Counted from the first letter of the stretch, positions 1 to 12,398 are shown. The stretch is DNA of 64,000 nucleotides from an uncultured Planctomycetota bacterium (GCA_963737655.1 CAVTTN010000002.1:6752001-6816000), one strand, 5' to 3'. Notes: generated by a model from the letters alone, not told the origin. Made by a program: numbers and translations.

Positions 1-3000
1 ACCGGGGCCAGGGTCGTTCCCGAGGTCGCGCTGGCGGGGCCTCCGGTGAGGACCACGAGGGCGACCGTGGCGTTCGCGCTCACGGTGACCGGGTCGGAGG
101 TGGCCGAGGCCAGCCCGGTCGAGCTCGCCGTGAACGTGCTGGTGCCGGCCGTCGTGGGGACCAGGTTCGAGAAGGTCGCCACCCCCTTCACGGCCGAGAC
201 CGTCGTCGGGCCGGCGCCGTCGGCGGACGAGACCGTCACCGAGGCCGTGCTGGTGGTCGCGACGTTGCCATCCTGGTCCTCGACGAGGACCTGGAGCGGG
301 CCCAGCGTGGCGCCCGCCAGCGCCGGGCCGGGCGTCTGGGACACGGACAGTTGGCTCGCCGCGCCCGCCACCACGTTCACGCCGGTCGTCGTCGAGGCAC
401 CGTCGGCCGAGGCCAGGAGGGCATAGGTGCCGGCCGCCTGGAAGACCAGGTCGGGGAACGTCGCCACTCCGTTGACGGCCACGGACGTCGTGGTCGTCCC
501 CCCCACGGAAATCGAGTCGATGAGGTCGGTGGGACCGAATGCAGAATTCGTGTTGTTGGCCCCGAGGAACTCGAGGACTTGGCTCCCTGCGGAGACCGCG
601 AAGGACCCCGTGGTGTAGCTGGTGAAGGCCGTCCCCGACGGCTTGACCGTGCCGACGATCGCGCCATCGACCTCGACCTCGATCTCCTCCGAGGAACTTA
701 CGCTCCCGGCGGCCGCCACGGCGAGGAAGCTCAGCGTGTACGTGCCCGAGGCGGGGAAAGAGACCGGCTGGCTCAGCCAGCCCGTGCCCTCGACGAAGGC
801 GACCTGGGTCCCCTCGGGGGCGTTGACGTGGCTCGGGAAGACGGTGCTGCCGTTGCCGGCGAACCCGGCCCCGCTGACATACACTCCCTGCTGGGTGCTC
901 TGCGTGCTGAAGCTCCACGGCGATCCGCTCGGGGAGTACATGTAGTGGTTGGTCGCTGCGGCGACCGATGGCGCCTCGAACCCGGGGTCGGCGACCGTCG
1001 CACTGAGGTTGGACGTGGAGGCGTTCGTCCTCTCAGTGATCGAGTCGATGAAGGCGGTGTTGTCGCCGATGCCGTTGGTCCCGAGGAATTCGACGCTGTA
1101 CGTCCCGGCCGGCTCGGCGAAGGCCGGGGTGCTGTAGGACATGTAGGTCGTCCCCGAGGGCGTGATCCTGCCGACCTCCACGCCGTTGACCAAAACGTCG
1201 ATCGACTGCGCCGAGGGCACGTTCTGCCTCTGCGCGGCGAGGACATTGAGGGTATACAGGCCCGGGACGGGGAACGAGAGCGGCTCGCTCAGCCAGCCCG
1301 TGTCCTGGACGAAGGCGACCTGGGTCCCCTCGGGGGCGCCGGGGTTGCCCGAGGTGAAGCCGCTGCCGTTGCTGCTGAGCCCGGCCCCGTCCGACCCGGC
1401 GTGCGTGCTGAAGGTCCACGCCGAGCCGCTCGGCGCGTAGGTGAAGGCGCCGCTCCCGAGCGAGTCGGACTCGAAGCCCGGGTCGAGGATCGGGGCGGTG
1501 ACGTCGGACGCGTTGGGACCCGCTTGCTCGGTGATCGAGTCGATGAGGGTGGTGTGGTCGTCGCCGGAGGGGTTGGTCCCGAGGAACTCGATCGAGTGTT
1601 GTCCGGCGGTCACCGCGAAGGACGGCGTGCTGTGGGGCAGGTAGGAAGTATAGAAAGACGTAAATGTGTCGATCAGTCGGCCATCGACGAGCACCTGGAT
1701 GGTCTGGAAGGTGGACCCGTCGGTGGCCCTGTGGGCGGCGAGGAAGCCCAGGGTATAGTTGCCCGCGGCGGGGAAGTTGAACGTCTGGGTGATCGAGCCG
1801 GTGCCCTGGATGAAGGCGACCTGCCCGCCGTCGGGGGTGGCCGGGTTGCCCGAGGTGTAGGCCGTGCCGTTGGCGTTGATCCCGGCCGCGTTCAACCCCG
1901 AACGCGCGCTGAAGGTCCACGGCGAGCCGGTCGGCTGGTACTGGAAGCCGCCATTGACCGAGGGGGACTCGAACCCGGCGTCGGCGATCTCGGCCGGGAG
2001 GCTGAGGGTCGCCGTGACGGGGAGATTCCCGTCCACATAGTTGCCGTATTGATCGGTGGCATAGATCTTGCCCTCCGAGAAGGGCTGACCCGCCGTGACC
2101 GTCGACGACGGCGTGTAGGTCGATAGGCCCGTCGCCTTGCCCGGGAGGACGAAGAACGACCCCGACGTGACTCCGGGGATGGAAATGCCGGTCCCATTGG
2201 GGGTCGCCGGGGCGCTGTCGTTGGCGTACTGGTCGTCCTGCCCGGCGATCTGGAGCTGGTAGAGCCCCGCGGTTCGGAGTGTGGCGTTGGCGAAATTGCC
2301 CTTCCCCGGGTCGACGATCCCGTTCGTCGGGGCGGAGGTGAAGGCGGTCCCCGCCTTGGCGGAAATGCTGGAGTCCGAGCCTCCGTTGGCGGGATCCGGT
2401 GCATAGAGGTAGGGGAATGGGTCCGAGGACTCGGCCGGCAGGACGGGTTCGCCGTCCGCGAAGTTGCCCGACAGGCTCAGGAAGGCCCCGCCGATATTGG
2501 AATTGTTGTGCGTGCTGGCGTTATAGTACTGGATCTCGATGTGATGAGAACCCACCGTCAGCGACTGGGCCGTCGTCCCGGTCTTCTTCAGCGTCAGGTG
2601 GTTGCCTTCGAGGTTGACGACCTGTTGGTAATCGACGGAGAGGACCGCGCCGTCGTCGGCCGCGAGGGTGAAGCTCGCGATGCCGGCCTGGCTGGCCGAA
2701 ACATTGAAATTGCCACTGATGTCAAGGTAAGCGTTCTGGAGCGACGTGTCCGGGTTGCTCGAGATCTTCGGGCCATCGGCGCCGAGGAAGTCCTGAAGGT
2801 GGCTGGGGTCGTATCCGTTGTAGATCGTCCCCTGGAGGATGGTCGATGCGAACGTGGCCTGCGGGATCCCCGAGGTGATCTCGTGATTCTGGGCCGAGGC
2901 GACGCTGCTCGGGCCCGCGGACAAGGCGTAATAGGAGCCGGCCAGCGACCCGGTCGCGGTCTGGTAGAGGGGTTGGAACCCGCTGCCCGCCGACGAATTC

Positions 3001-3324
3001 GTCGATTGGGTCGTCGGGATGATGGCGTCCCCGTTACTCTGGAAGGTGCCGCTGACGGAGAGATGGGCACCGCCGACCCCGTTGACCAGCGCCTGGTTCA
3101 CGTACTGAAGTTCGATCGTGTGGACGCCCGAGTCCAGGACGACGCTGTCGGTGGCGCCCCCGATGTTCGAGGTGTTCGGGAGCAAGGCCCCGTCGATGCT
3201 GATCTGCGCGTAGTCGTCGCTGTTCAGGCTGAAGTTCGCGGTCCCGGCCTGGGCGGGAGAGACGTTGATGTAGCCCTTGAAGTCGATGTAGGTGGTGTTG
3301 AGGACAGGGTTCGTGGTGGAGAAC
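1..3324 (-). CDS. Downstream part of a giant secreted Ser/Thr/Gly-rich protein (PA14-like domains, repeated beta-sandwich modules); runs off the window start and is separated from its 5' part by a recombinase element
   Basis: Minus-strand translation by eye gives NTTYIDFKGYINV...SLNSDDYAQISIDG...GVHTIELQY and a second copy ...TLAADDGAVLSVD...GSHHIEIQYY (PA14-like); a module containing GNPA.P.G.QVAF recurs near 800, 1320 and 1820. Confidence 0.7.
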
Positions 3325-3456
3325 GACCAAACAGACTCCACCTCAAGCGACAGGTGGTGCGCCGCCGCTGACACCGGCTACCATCGGTGTCGACGCGCTG
3401 CTTGAGCTGGCTGCGTGGTGCCGAGAGCACCTGAGTCAACGACCCGGAGACACTCC

Positions 3457-3644
3457 ATGTCCAACCACCCTCGAACCATCGCTCCCCCCCGCCCCTGACG
3501 GCCAATCCCACCCCACGGGACAGCACGCCGACGATCTGGGCTCGCCTGCCGACCGACCGCCAGCAACAACTCCGCGACCTGCTCGGCCTGCTCCTGGCCA
3601 GGCTCCTGACGGCTCGACGCAGCCAGGAGGCCGAGCATGACTGA
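3457..3644 (+). pseudogene. Small accessory ORF overlapping the recombinase start, frameshifted in a C7 run
   Basis: GGAGA then ATG 3457; one extra C at 3484-3490 would give ...IWARLPTDRQQQLRDLLGLLLARLL...EAEHD* overlapping ATG 3637. Confidence 0.4.
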
Positions 3645-5757
3645 CCCGCTCCGCTCGCCCAAGCTCAGGGCCTGGCATCTCGACCGCTCGGCCTTCGTCT
3701 ATGTCCGCCAGTCCACGCCCCAGCAGGTGATCGAGCATCAGGAATCGACCGCCCGCCAGTACGCCCTGGCCGATCGCGCCGTCGCCCTCGGCTGGACTCG
3801 GGACCGTGTGATGACGATCGACGATGACCTGGGCAAGAGCGGCCAGTCGATCGAGGGCCGGCCCGGCTTCCAGCGGCTCCTGGCCGAGGTCGCCCTGGAT
3901 CACGTCGGACTGATCCTCGGCCTGGAGATGAGCCGCCTGGCCCGCTCCAATCGCGACTGGCACCAATTGCTCGAGCTCTGTGCACGGTTCCGCGTGCTCC
4001 TGGCCGACGCCGACTCGGTCTACGACCCGTCCGACCACAACGACCGGCTCCTGCTCGGCCTGCACGGGATGATGAGCGAGGCGGAGCTTCATGTCCTCAA
4101 GGAACGCATGTATCAGGGCAAGCTCAACAAGGCCCGTCGGGGGGCCCTGATGGGGGTGCCCCCGATCGGCTACGTCAAGCTCGCCTCGGGCGAATGGGCC
4201 ATCGACCCCGACGAGCAGGTCCAGGCAACCGTCCGGCTGATCTTCGACCAATTCGATCGCGAGACGACCCTGCACGGCCTGCTCCGCTACCTGGTCCACC
4301 ACGGCGTCCGAATCCCGGTCCGGTCGAACGCAGGCCCGAGCCGGGGTGAGTTGGAGTGGCGACGGCCGAACCGGGCCACGCTGTCGAATCTGCTGCATCA
4401 CCCGAGCTATGCCGGTGCCTATCGGTTCGGCTACCGGCCGGTCGACCCGCGTCGCAAGCGGGCGGGGCGTCCGGGCACCGGCAAGCTGATCCGGCGGCCG
4501 GAGGAGTGTCTTGTCCTGATCCGCGACCGGCTGCCGGCCTACATCACCTGGGACCGATTCCAGGCCACACAGGGGCGACTCGACGCCAACCGGGCCCGGC
4601 ACGACCGCCAAGGCGCACCGCGACAAGGTGCCTCGCTCCTGGCCGGATTGCTCCGGTGCGGGAGGTGCGGCCGACGGATGATCGTCCGGTACTCCGGGCC
4701 GAAGAATCGACATGCCTATGCATGCACACGCGGCTCGGCCGACTATGCCGAGCCGCTCTGCCAGGGCCTGTCGGGGCCGGTGCTCGACGAGTTGGTCGCC
4801 ATCCGGGTGCTGGCGGCGGTCGAGCCGGCGGCGCTGGAGGCGAGCCTCGCGGCGGTGGCCGGGGTCGAGCGGGAGCGGGCCGAACTGGCCCGACACTGGC
4901 ACCTGCGGCGCGAGCGAGCCGCTCACGAGGTCGATCGCGCGTGCCGGCAGTATCAGGCCTGCGAGCCGGAGAACCGCCTGGTGGGCCGCGAGCTGGAGCG
5001 ACGCTGGGAGGAGACGCTCAATACGCAACGGCGGCTGGAAGACGAGTTCGAGCGATGGCAGCGGACGGCACCGGGCCGGCTCTCGGGCGACGACGAGCGG
5101 GCGATCCGCTCGCTGGCGGCCGACTTGCCGGCGGTCTGGGGGGCGGCCACGACGAGGCCGGCGGAGCGGCAACGGATCGTCAGGCTCTTGATCGAACAAG
5201 TGAAGGTCCAAGTGGACAAGTCGAGCGAACGCGTCGCCGTCGAACTCTCGTGGGTCGGCGGCCTGATCGAGTTGCACACCGTGTCGCGTCCGGTGAACCG
5301 GTACGACATGCAGGCGGACTATCCCCGCCTGGTGGAGCGACTGCAAGCCTGGTCCGCCGAGGGCCGAAGTGCCGAGGCCATGGCCGCGGCACTCAACGCC
5401 GAAGGCTTCCGCCCGCCGAAGCGTGCCGCTCGCTTCACGCGGGAGATGGTGCGGCGACTCTCGTGGCACCTGAATCTGGCCCGCCGCGAGCCGCACGGCA
5501 GCCTGGCCGGGTTGGGTGCCGACGAGTACCGCCCCGGTGGACTGGCTCGTCATCTGGGGATCTCGCGGGACACGGTCCGCGGTTGGATCCGTCTCGGCCG
5601 TGTGACAACCCGCCGCGATGCCGAGGGACATCACATCGTCTGGGCCGACGCCTCGGAACTGGCCCGGCTGGGCGAACTCCACGGACTGCGACAAAGCTGG
5701 GAGTCCAAGGAGCGTTTCACCGAACTGATCCAGCCCAAAGTCCGCCCCGAGCGATAA
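3637..5757 (+). CDS. Large serine recombinase (resolvase + recombinase + Zn-ribbon + coiled coil + C-terminal HTH)
   Basis: YVRQST catalytic motif, DDDLGKSG, SRLARS, CGRCG zinc ribbon, C-terminal LARHLGISRDTVRGW HTH. Confidence 0.93.
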   Translation: MTDPLRSPKLRAWHLDRSAFVYVRQSTPQQVIEHQESTARQYALADRAVALGWTRDRVMTIDDDLGKSGQSIEGRPGFQRLLAEVALDHVGLILGLEMSRLARSNRDWHQLLELCARFRVLLADADSVYDPSDHNDRLLLGLHGMMSEAELHVLKERMYQGKLNKARRGALMGVPPIGYVKLASGEWAIDPDEQVQATVRLIFDQFDRETTLHGLLRYLVHHGVRIPVRSNAGPSRGELEWRRPNRATLSNLLHHPSYAGAYRFGYRPVDPRRKRAGRPGTGKLIRRPEECLVLIRDRLPAYITWDRFQATQGRLDANRARHDRQGAPRQGASLLAGLLRCGRCGRRMIVRYSGPKNRHAYACTRGSADYAEPLCQGLSGPVLDELVAIRVLAAVEPAALEASLAAVAGVERERAELARHWHLRRERAAHEVDRACRQYQACEPENRLVGRELERRWEETLNTQRRLEDEFERWQRTAPGRLSGDDERAIRSLAADLPAVWGAATTRPAERQRIVRLLIEQVKVQVDKSSERVAVELSWVGGLIELHTVSRPVNRYDMQADYPRLVERLQAWSAEGRSAEAMAAALNAEGFRPPKRAARFTREMVRRLSWHLNLARREPHGSLAGLGADEYRPGGLARHLGISRDTVRGWIRLGRVTTRRDAEGHHIVWADASELARLGELHGLRQSWESKERFTELIQPKVRPER

Positions 5758-5829
5758 ACTGGGGGTGGCCCGGCTCACTCCGAGCCTGGCCACCCCACCG
5801 CGCTCTTGGAAGGCATTATGGCTGGACCA

Positions 5830-6316
5830 TCGAAGAGGGGTTCCAGTCGTTCTTCAGGAAGTCGCTGATGTTGGTAGTGTCGAAGCCGGTGTAGCCGTTG
5901 GGCGACGAGAACAGCGTGGAGACGAAGGTCAGGGTCACGTTGTGCGCCTGGGCCTGCGCGGCGGCGACCGAACCGTTCTGCTGTCTCGCCTCGGAATAGA
6001 GGTCCGCGTAGAGTCCGGGCACGCCCGTGATCGCATGGGCCTGGGCGGTGAAGGTGAAGTCGCTCGCCGCGACGCTCGGGTCCCTGGGCAGGATGTTGCC
6101 GGTGGTGGAATCCACCATCTCGGCCTGCGCGAGGGGGCTGGGGGCCTGGCCGGCGACGAACGAGGCGGGCGACTGGGCGACCAGGACGCTGAGGCCCGAG
6201 GGGCAGGCCCGCTCTTCCAGGTCCTCCATCATCAGGCGGAGCGAATGGGACCGCGCCCCCCGGCGGAGTCGGGACCGCGGGGCCCGGGGCCATGCCAGAA
6301 GTCGATGGAGGGACAT
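5830..6316 (-). CDS. 5' fragment of the interrupted secreted protein with planctomycete export motif
   Basis: MSLHRLL...RLMMEDLEERACPS (LEPR-XLL-like); ends NISDFLKNDW, which parallels HLQDFLGADG in the second PA14-like domain. Confidence 0.7.
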
Positions 6317-6680
6317 GGGGTATCTCCTGGAAGTTGGAGCGCGAAGGGTGGGGGTCAATGTCCAGGCGCAATCCGTCGTCCCGAGCCGTCCGGGGCGTGG
6401 AGCCCCGGCTCGCCGGTCGACGAGGTGTCGCGATGTCGAGGGTGCCGAGGCCGCTTCGTCGGCTGCCTGAGCGAGGTTCCGCCTCGGGTGTCGTCGCCGA
6501 GCCGATCGCCCTACAGGAGTCTTCTCTCGCGCATGTCACGACTTTCCCGGGGCGACCGCCCAGGGCCCGCCACCGGGGTCGTCGCGGGCCGGGCGCGAGG
6601 CCGCCCGGCGGCCGGATCGGGGCCGTTCGGGGCGTGGCGGGTCGCTCGATTCCCGGTCGCCGGGCCGGCGGCTCTGGGGT

Positions 6681-7331
6681 TCAGGCGATCAGCTCGCCCA
6701 TCTCCTCGCGGAGGCGACGCAGGACGTGCGACTTGGCCAGGCGGACGGCGTTGGCGGTGATCCCCAGCTCGGCGGCGACCTCGGCGGTCGGGCGCGACTC
6801 GACGGTCGCCTGCCCGAACGCCGTCCAGGTCCGGCGCTCGACCTGGTGCTGGACCTCTCTCAGGGCCCGATGATACAGGTCGGAGACCTCGGACGACCCC
6901 TCCGAGAGCGCGACCTCGTGCGAGGGTGCGGGGACCTGCTGGAGCTGGAGCTGCGCGTCGGTCCCGCCGACGGCCCGCTGTTCCCGCAGGCGGGAGTAGT
7001 CCACGAGCTTGTGGCGGGCGATCCCGCGCATCCAGCCGCGGAAGGACGTGCCCGGCTGATCGGGCCGGAACTGGCCGAGGCTGGAGGAGATCGCCGCGAG
7101 GACCTCCTGCGACACGTCGGCGACCTCGTGGTCGGCGATCCCCCATTGCCGGCACCAATGGTGGATCAGCGGGGAGTCGAGCCGGACCAGCCGCACCCAC
7201 GCCTCCGGCTCGCGCGCCAGGCGCGCTTCAACAACGACGAGGACGGCGCATCCGCGGGATTCAAGCCGAGGTCCTCCGCCGGATTCGCCCGGCCGTGCCC
7301 CCGACCCCAATCCTCGCCGACTGGAGGACAT
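6681..7331 (-). CDS. ECF sigma-70 factor (true start probably further downstream)
   Basis: EAWVRLV...ADVSQEV...SFRGWMRGIARHKLVD region 2; EVAAELGITANAVRLAKSHVLRRLR region 4. Confidence 0.85.
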   Translation of the reverse strand: MSSSRRGLGSGARPGESGGGPRLESRGCAVLVVVEARLAREPEAWVRLVRLDSPLIHHWCRQWGIADHEVADVSQEVLAAISSSLGQFRPDQPGTSFRGWMRGIARHKLVDYSRLREQRAVGGTDAQLQLQQVPAPSHEVALSEGSSEVSDLYHRALREVQHQVERRTWTAFGQATVESRPTAEVAAELGITANAVRLAKSHVLRRLREEMGELIA

Positions 7332-7460
7332 GTTAGTAGCATTGGGGGCACGCGTCCGACTAATCTAACAGACCCAGGGCCCCGGAGTACATCGCGGACC
7401 CGGCGACGACCCAGGCCTCCGGGGGCCGGGACGACGAAGGGCCGGCACGAAGGGGCGCCG

Positions 7461-10400
7461 ATGGGCCGCATCGACTGTCCGGACCTGGCCACGCTCTCTG
7501 ATTTCGTGCTGGGCAAGCGGCCGATCGCCGAGCTGACGACCGTGGCCGAGCACCTGGACGTCTGCCCCGAATGCGAGCGGACGACCGGGCGGCTCGACGG
7601 CGAGGCCGACGAGGTCGTCTCCGACCTGAAGCGGATCGCGCCGGTCCCCGCAGGCGGCGAGTCGACCGGGACCGTCGCCGCGTCGGGCGAGGTCCAGGCG
7701 GCCCCGGCGATCGGGGCCTGGGGCGAATACCGGATCGTCCGCGAGATCGGCCGGGGCGGCATGGGCGTGGTCTGCGAGGCGTACCAGGGCTCGCTGAACC
7801 GGCACGTCGCGCTGAAGTTCCTGCCCGAGCGCGGCAACCTCGCCCGATTCCGCCGCGAGGCCCGGGCCGCCGGGCGGCTGCACCACACCAACATCGTCCC
7901 GGTCTTCGGCGTGGGGGAACACGGGGGGCGGCATTTCTACGTGATGCAGTACATCGTCGGCCGGGGGCTGGACGTCGTCTCGCGGGAGCGGGTCGCGGCC
8001 GGGGCGGCGGCCTCGCCGCGCGAGGTGGCGAGGATCGGCGTCCAGGCGGCCGAGGCCCTGGCGCACGCCCACGACCTGGGGGTGATCCACCGCGACGTCA
8101 AGCCCTCCAACCTCCTGCTGGACGACCAGGGGACGGTCTGGGTCACCGACTTCGGCCTGGCCAAGGTCGCCGACGAGGAGGAGCTCACCGGCACCGGCGA
8201 CCTCCTGGGCACCGTCCGCCACATGCCCCCCGAGGCGTTCGAGGGCCGCTACGACGTCCGGGGCGACGTCTACGCGCTGGGCATGACCCTGTACGAGCTG
8301 ATCGCCTCCCGCCCGGCCTTCGACGAGTCCGACCGCGCCCGCCTGATCCGACTGGTCACGACCGGCGACCCGCCCCGGCTCCGCGACCTTGACCGCGCCG
8401 TCCCGCGCAACCTGGAGACGGTAATCCATAAGGCCATCGAGCGCGGCCCGGCGCACCGCTACCAGACGGCCTCCGCGCTGGCCGACGACCTGAGGCTCAT
8501 CCTGGAGGACCGCCCGATCCACTCCCGGCGGATCGGCGAGGCGGAGAGGATCGCCCGCTGGTGCCGCCGCAACCCGGTGCCGGCGGGCCTGATGGCGGCC
8601 CTCGCCCTGGTCTTCTGGGTCGGCTTCGGCCTGGTCGCCTGGGAGTGGCGGGAGGCCGTGGCCGAGCGCGAGGCGAAGGACGATCAGGTCCTCAAGGCCA
8701 TCGCCGCCGGGGTGGAGGCCCGCGACGCCCGGGACGTCGCCCTCGTCGAGCAGAAGAAGGCGGCCGACTCCGCCGGCCTCGCCGGCCGCCGGCTCTACTT
8801 CGGCCTGATCGACCGCGCCCGCCTGGAACGCCAGGTCGGCAACATCGCCGAGGCCGAGGACCTCCTCGACCGCTGCGAGCCGGCCCGCCGGGGCTGGGAG
8901 TGGCACTTCCTCAAGCGGCTGGACCACGCCGAGCTGCTGAACCTGAGCGGCCACGACGGCTGGGTCGAGGCGGTCGCCTACAGCCCCGACGGCAAGTGGA
9001 TCGCCACCGCCGGGGGCGGCGACCCGTTCTACGAATCGAACTGGCGGATCACGCCCGGCGCGGTCATCCTCTGGGATGCCGAGACCGGCCGGCCGGCGCG
9101 CACGCTTCGCGGGCACCGGCACCTGCTCCGCAAGATCGCCTTCACCCCGGACGGCCTCCTGCTCGCCTCGTCGAGTCTCGACGGGACCATCCTGCTCCAC
9201 GAGGTCGCCACCGGCCGGCTCGTCCGGACCCTGGAGGTCGGCAAACCTTACGACCGTCCTGCGAGCGAGGTCGTCGATAACAATCGACCGCCGTGGAGTC
9301 GAGGCAGGGCCCGTCGGGGGCGATGGACCTGGCGTTCAGCCCCGACGGGCGGCGGCTGGCGGTCGCCTCGCAGCAGATGGTCAAGCTGATAGACGCCGAG
9401 ACGACCGACGAGGTGCTCACGCTCCGAGGCCGGTACCATCTCCTGCCGAGCAACCACGGCTTCAACCCCCGCGTCCGCTTCAGCCCCGATGGCCGCGGAC
9501 TCTTCGCGGTCTGCTCCGACTCGTGGGAGCCATTGGCCGTGTGGTCCGGCGTGCCGGACGGGCCCGGCGAGCGCGAGGCGAGGCTCGGCGCGGCCCGCCG
9601 TCGCGCCGTGACCCGCCACCTCGCGCTGGCCAATGACCACGCGACGCGACGCGGCCCGGCGCGGCTGATCGCCCTGGACCACCTCGACCACGCCCGGAGG
9701 CTCGGCCTGGACTCGTCCGAGGCGTTCGTGACCTGGGCCCGGATCCTCGCCGGACTCGACCTCGGAGGCCCGGGCGACCCCGCGCTGGACCTGGCCCTAA
9801 ACCTGGCGCCGGACGACGACGAGACCCTGGCCGGCCTGGCCCACACCTGGGCTAGCTTGGGCCGATTCCGGGGCGCCGGGGCCTGGTACTCGCGGATGAA
9901 GCGACTGCCCGATCGCGTCTTCTCGGCCCACTGGACCCCGCACCCCCAGGCCCTGGTGCTCTCGGGCGACCTCGCCCTCTTCCGCCGCTTCTGCGCCGAG
10001 GCCGTCCGGCGCTGGGAGGCGGACCCCGATCCCCGCTGGCTCCCCGACAAGCTGCCCTACGACAATTCGCTCGTCGCCGACTCGGGCATCGACGCCGAGA
10101 CGCGAATCCGGATCGCCCGGCACGCGTATGAGGGCGCGCTGGCGGTCGGGGACAGATCCCGCCAATTCTGGGGCCTGCTCGCCCTCGGGGCCGCCCACCT
10201 CCGCGCCGGCGATCCCGAGCGGGCCGAACCGCTCCTCCGCGAGGTGCTCGGCCGCACGTCGGACGACCAGTTGCGGGCCCTGGTCGCCTCCTGGCTGTCC
10301 CTCACGACCCGTCGCCAGGGGCGAGCCGCCGAGGCGAAGACGTGGTTCGACCAGGCCGACCGCTTCCTCCGCGAGCGGGCCCCCGGCGGGCGTCCCGATC

Positions 10401-10567
10401 GCGAGCACCGCCCACCGGACGGCCTGGACCACCTGGACTGGTGGAGGCTCCTCATCGCCTGGGGCGAGGCCCGCGACCTGTTCCTCGACGACGCCTTCCC
10501 CGCCCGGCCATTCGCCCCTAATCGGGCAGGGCGAACGCCACGAAGGCGTCTCCGGCCTTCGTCCTGA
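7461..10567 (+). CDS. Ser/Thr protein kinase with N-terminal Zn-finger-like motif, TM helix, WD40 and TPR repeats; frameshift near 9290
   Basis: HLDVCPEC, GRGGMG, HRDVKPSN, DFGLAK, WD40 (GHDGWVEAVAYSPDG); WD40 continues in ORF 9293-10567. Confidence 0.88.
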
Positions 10568-12398
10568 GCTTGCCCGCCCCTCCGGCGGCGATCACCACGA
10601 ACTGGCGGCCGCGGACCTCGTACGTCGCCGGGGTGGCGTAGCCGCCGGCCGGCAGCGGGTGCTCCCAGAGGAGCTTCCCGGTCGCCTTGTCGAAGGCGTG
10701 GATCCGCTCGTCCTTCGTCCCGGCGATGAAGACGATCCCTCCGGCCGTGACGATCGACCCCCCGAAGGTCTCCGTCCCGGTCCTCGGCACGCCCCGGGCG
10801 GTCAGCTCGGGGTGCTCGCCCAGCGGCACCTGCCAGGCGAATCCGCCCTGGTTCAGGTCGATGGCCGTGAGGACGCCCCAGGGCGGCTTGATCGCCGGAT
10901 ACCCCTCGTGGTCGAGGAACTGGATGTAGCCGGTGTGCCGGAACGGGCCGTGCCGGCCCACGTCCTCGGGCTTCGAGTCGGCGATCGTCAGGAGGTTCGG
11001 GACGTTGTTCGAGTTGACGTAAAGCAGGCCCGTCGTCGGGTCGAACGACGCCCCGGACCAGTTCGCCCCGCCGTGGAACCCGGGGATGACGACGGTGCCC
11101 CGGGCGCTCGGCGGGTTGAACGCGGGGCCGTTCCGGACCTTCTTCAAAAGGGCCAGGGCCGAGGCCCGGTTCGCCGGGCCGATGTCCGTCACGTTCGTCT
11201 CGTCGAAATGCTGGGCCGCGAACGGAGGCGGCTTCACCGGGATCGGCTGGGTCGCGGCGGCCCTCTCGCCCGGGACGTCGGAGGCCGGGACGGGCCGGTC
11301 CTCGACCTCGAACAGGGGCTTGCCGGTCTCCCGGTCGAACAGGAAGACGTATCCGGTCTTGGTGACCTGGGCGACGGCGTCCACGGGCCGGCCGTCTCGG
11401 GTGACGGTGACGAGGTTCGGGTAGGTCGGCAGGTCGTGGTCCCAGAGGTCGTGGCGGAGGGTCTGGAAGTGCCACATCCTTCGTCCCGTGCGGGCATCCA
11501 GGGCGATCGTGCAGTTGCCGAAGAGGTTGTCGCCGAGCCGGTCGCCGCCGAAGAAGTCGAAGGCGGGGGAGCCGAGGCCGGCGAAGACCATGCCGCGGGC
11601 CGGGTCGACGCTCAGGCCGCCCCAGGCGTTGGCGCCCCCTCGGTCCTTCCACGAGTCGCCGTGCCAGGTCTCATGGCCGAACTCGCCGGGGCCGGGGACG
11701 GTGCGGAACCGCCAGAGCTGGGCCCCGGTGCGGACGTCGAACGCGCGGACGTCCCCCGGGGCGGCGATCCCCGGCCCCTCGTCGCACGACATGCCGAGGA
11801 TCACCGCGTCCCGCCAGACGACCGGGGCCGAGGTCGGCCCGTAGGCCAGCCGGGCGACCTTCGGGTCGAGCTCCGGGCGGAGGTCGCGGACGCCCCCGCG
11901 GCCGAACTTCGGGTCGAGCTTGCCGGTCCTCGCGTCGATCGAGAACAGGCGGCCGTCGGACGTGCCGTGGAGGACCCTCCGCTCGCCCTCGGGGCGGCCG
12001 TCGGACCAGAACGCACACCCGCGATTGACCCCGCCGGAGGCCGGCTGGTGTTCATACGGGCGATCCTTCAACGGGTCGAACTGCCAGAGCTCGCGGCCGG
12101 TCTCGGCATCCAGGGCCACCACGCGGAGATACCCCGTGGTGACGTACATGACCCGATCGACGACGATGGGCGTGCATTCGATGGTCTTCCCGGCCCGCCC
12201 TTCGAGCTCGCCGGTATGGTAGGTCCACGCCGGCCTGAGCCGGGCCACGTTCTCGCGGTTGATCGCGTCGAGAGGGGAATAGCGGGTGCAGCCCGGGTCA
12301 TGCCCCACGCTCGGCCAGTCGGAAGTCTTCGGTGCCTGGGCCTCGGCACGGACGGCCACGGCGATCAGGCAACCGAGGGCGACCCGGTGGAAACGCAT
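10518..12398 (-). CDS. PQQ-dependent (quinoprotein glucose-type) dehydrogenase
   Basis: Signal peptide; RYSPLDAINRENV, HDLWDHD, repeated beta-propeller W motifs, ATPATY. Confidence 0.9.
   Translation of the reverse strand: MRFHRVALGCLIAVAVRAEAQAPKTSDWPSVGHDPGCTRYSPLDAINRENVARLRPAWTYHTGELEGRAGKTIECTPIVVDRVMYVTTGYLRVVALDAETGRELWQFDPLKDRPYEHQPASGGVNRGCAFWSDGRPEGERRVLHGTSDGRLFSIDARTGKLDPKFGRGGVRDLRPELDPKVARLAYGPTSAPVVWRDAVILGMSCDEGPGIAAPGDVRAFDVRTGAQLWRFRTVPGPGEFGHETWHGDSWKDRGGANAWGGLSVDPARGMVFAGLGSPAFDFFGGDRLGDNLFGNCTIALDARTGRRMWHFQTLRHDLWDHDLPTYPNLVTVTRDGRPVDAVAQVTKTGYVFLFDRETGKPLFEVEDRPVPASDVPGERAAATQPIPVKPPPFAAQHFDETNVTDIGPANRASALALLKKVRNGPAFNPPSARGTVVIPGFHGGANWSGASFDPTTGLLYVNSNNVPNLLTIADSKPEDVGRHGPFRHTGYIQFLDHEGYPAIKPPWGVLTAIDLNQGGFAWQVPLGEHPELTARGVPRTGTETFGGSIVTAGGIVFIAGTKDERIHAFDKATGKLLWEHPLPAGGYATPATYEVRGRQFVVIAAGGAGKLRTKAGDAFVAFALPD

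Larger units (their letters stand above)
3325..5829 (+). mobile_element. ~2.5-kb large serine recombinase element inserted in the secreted-protein gene
   Basis: GACCA direct repeat at 3325-3329 and 5825-5829; imperfect inverted ends; host gene halves flank it on the opposite strand. Confidence 0.75.
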
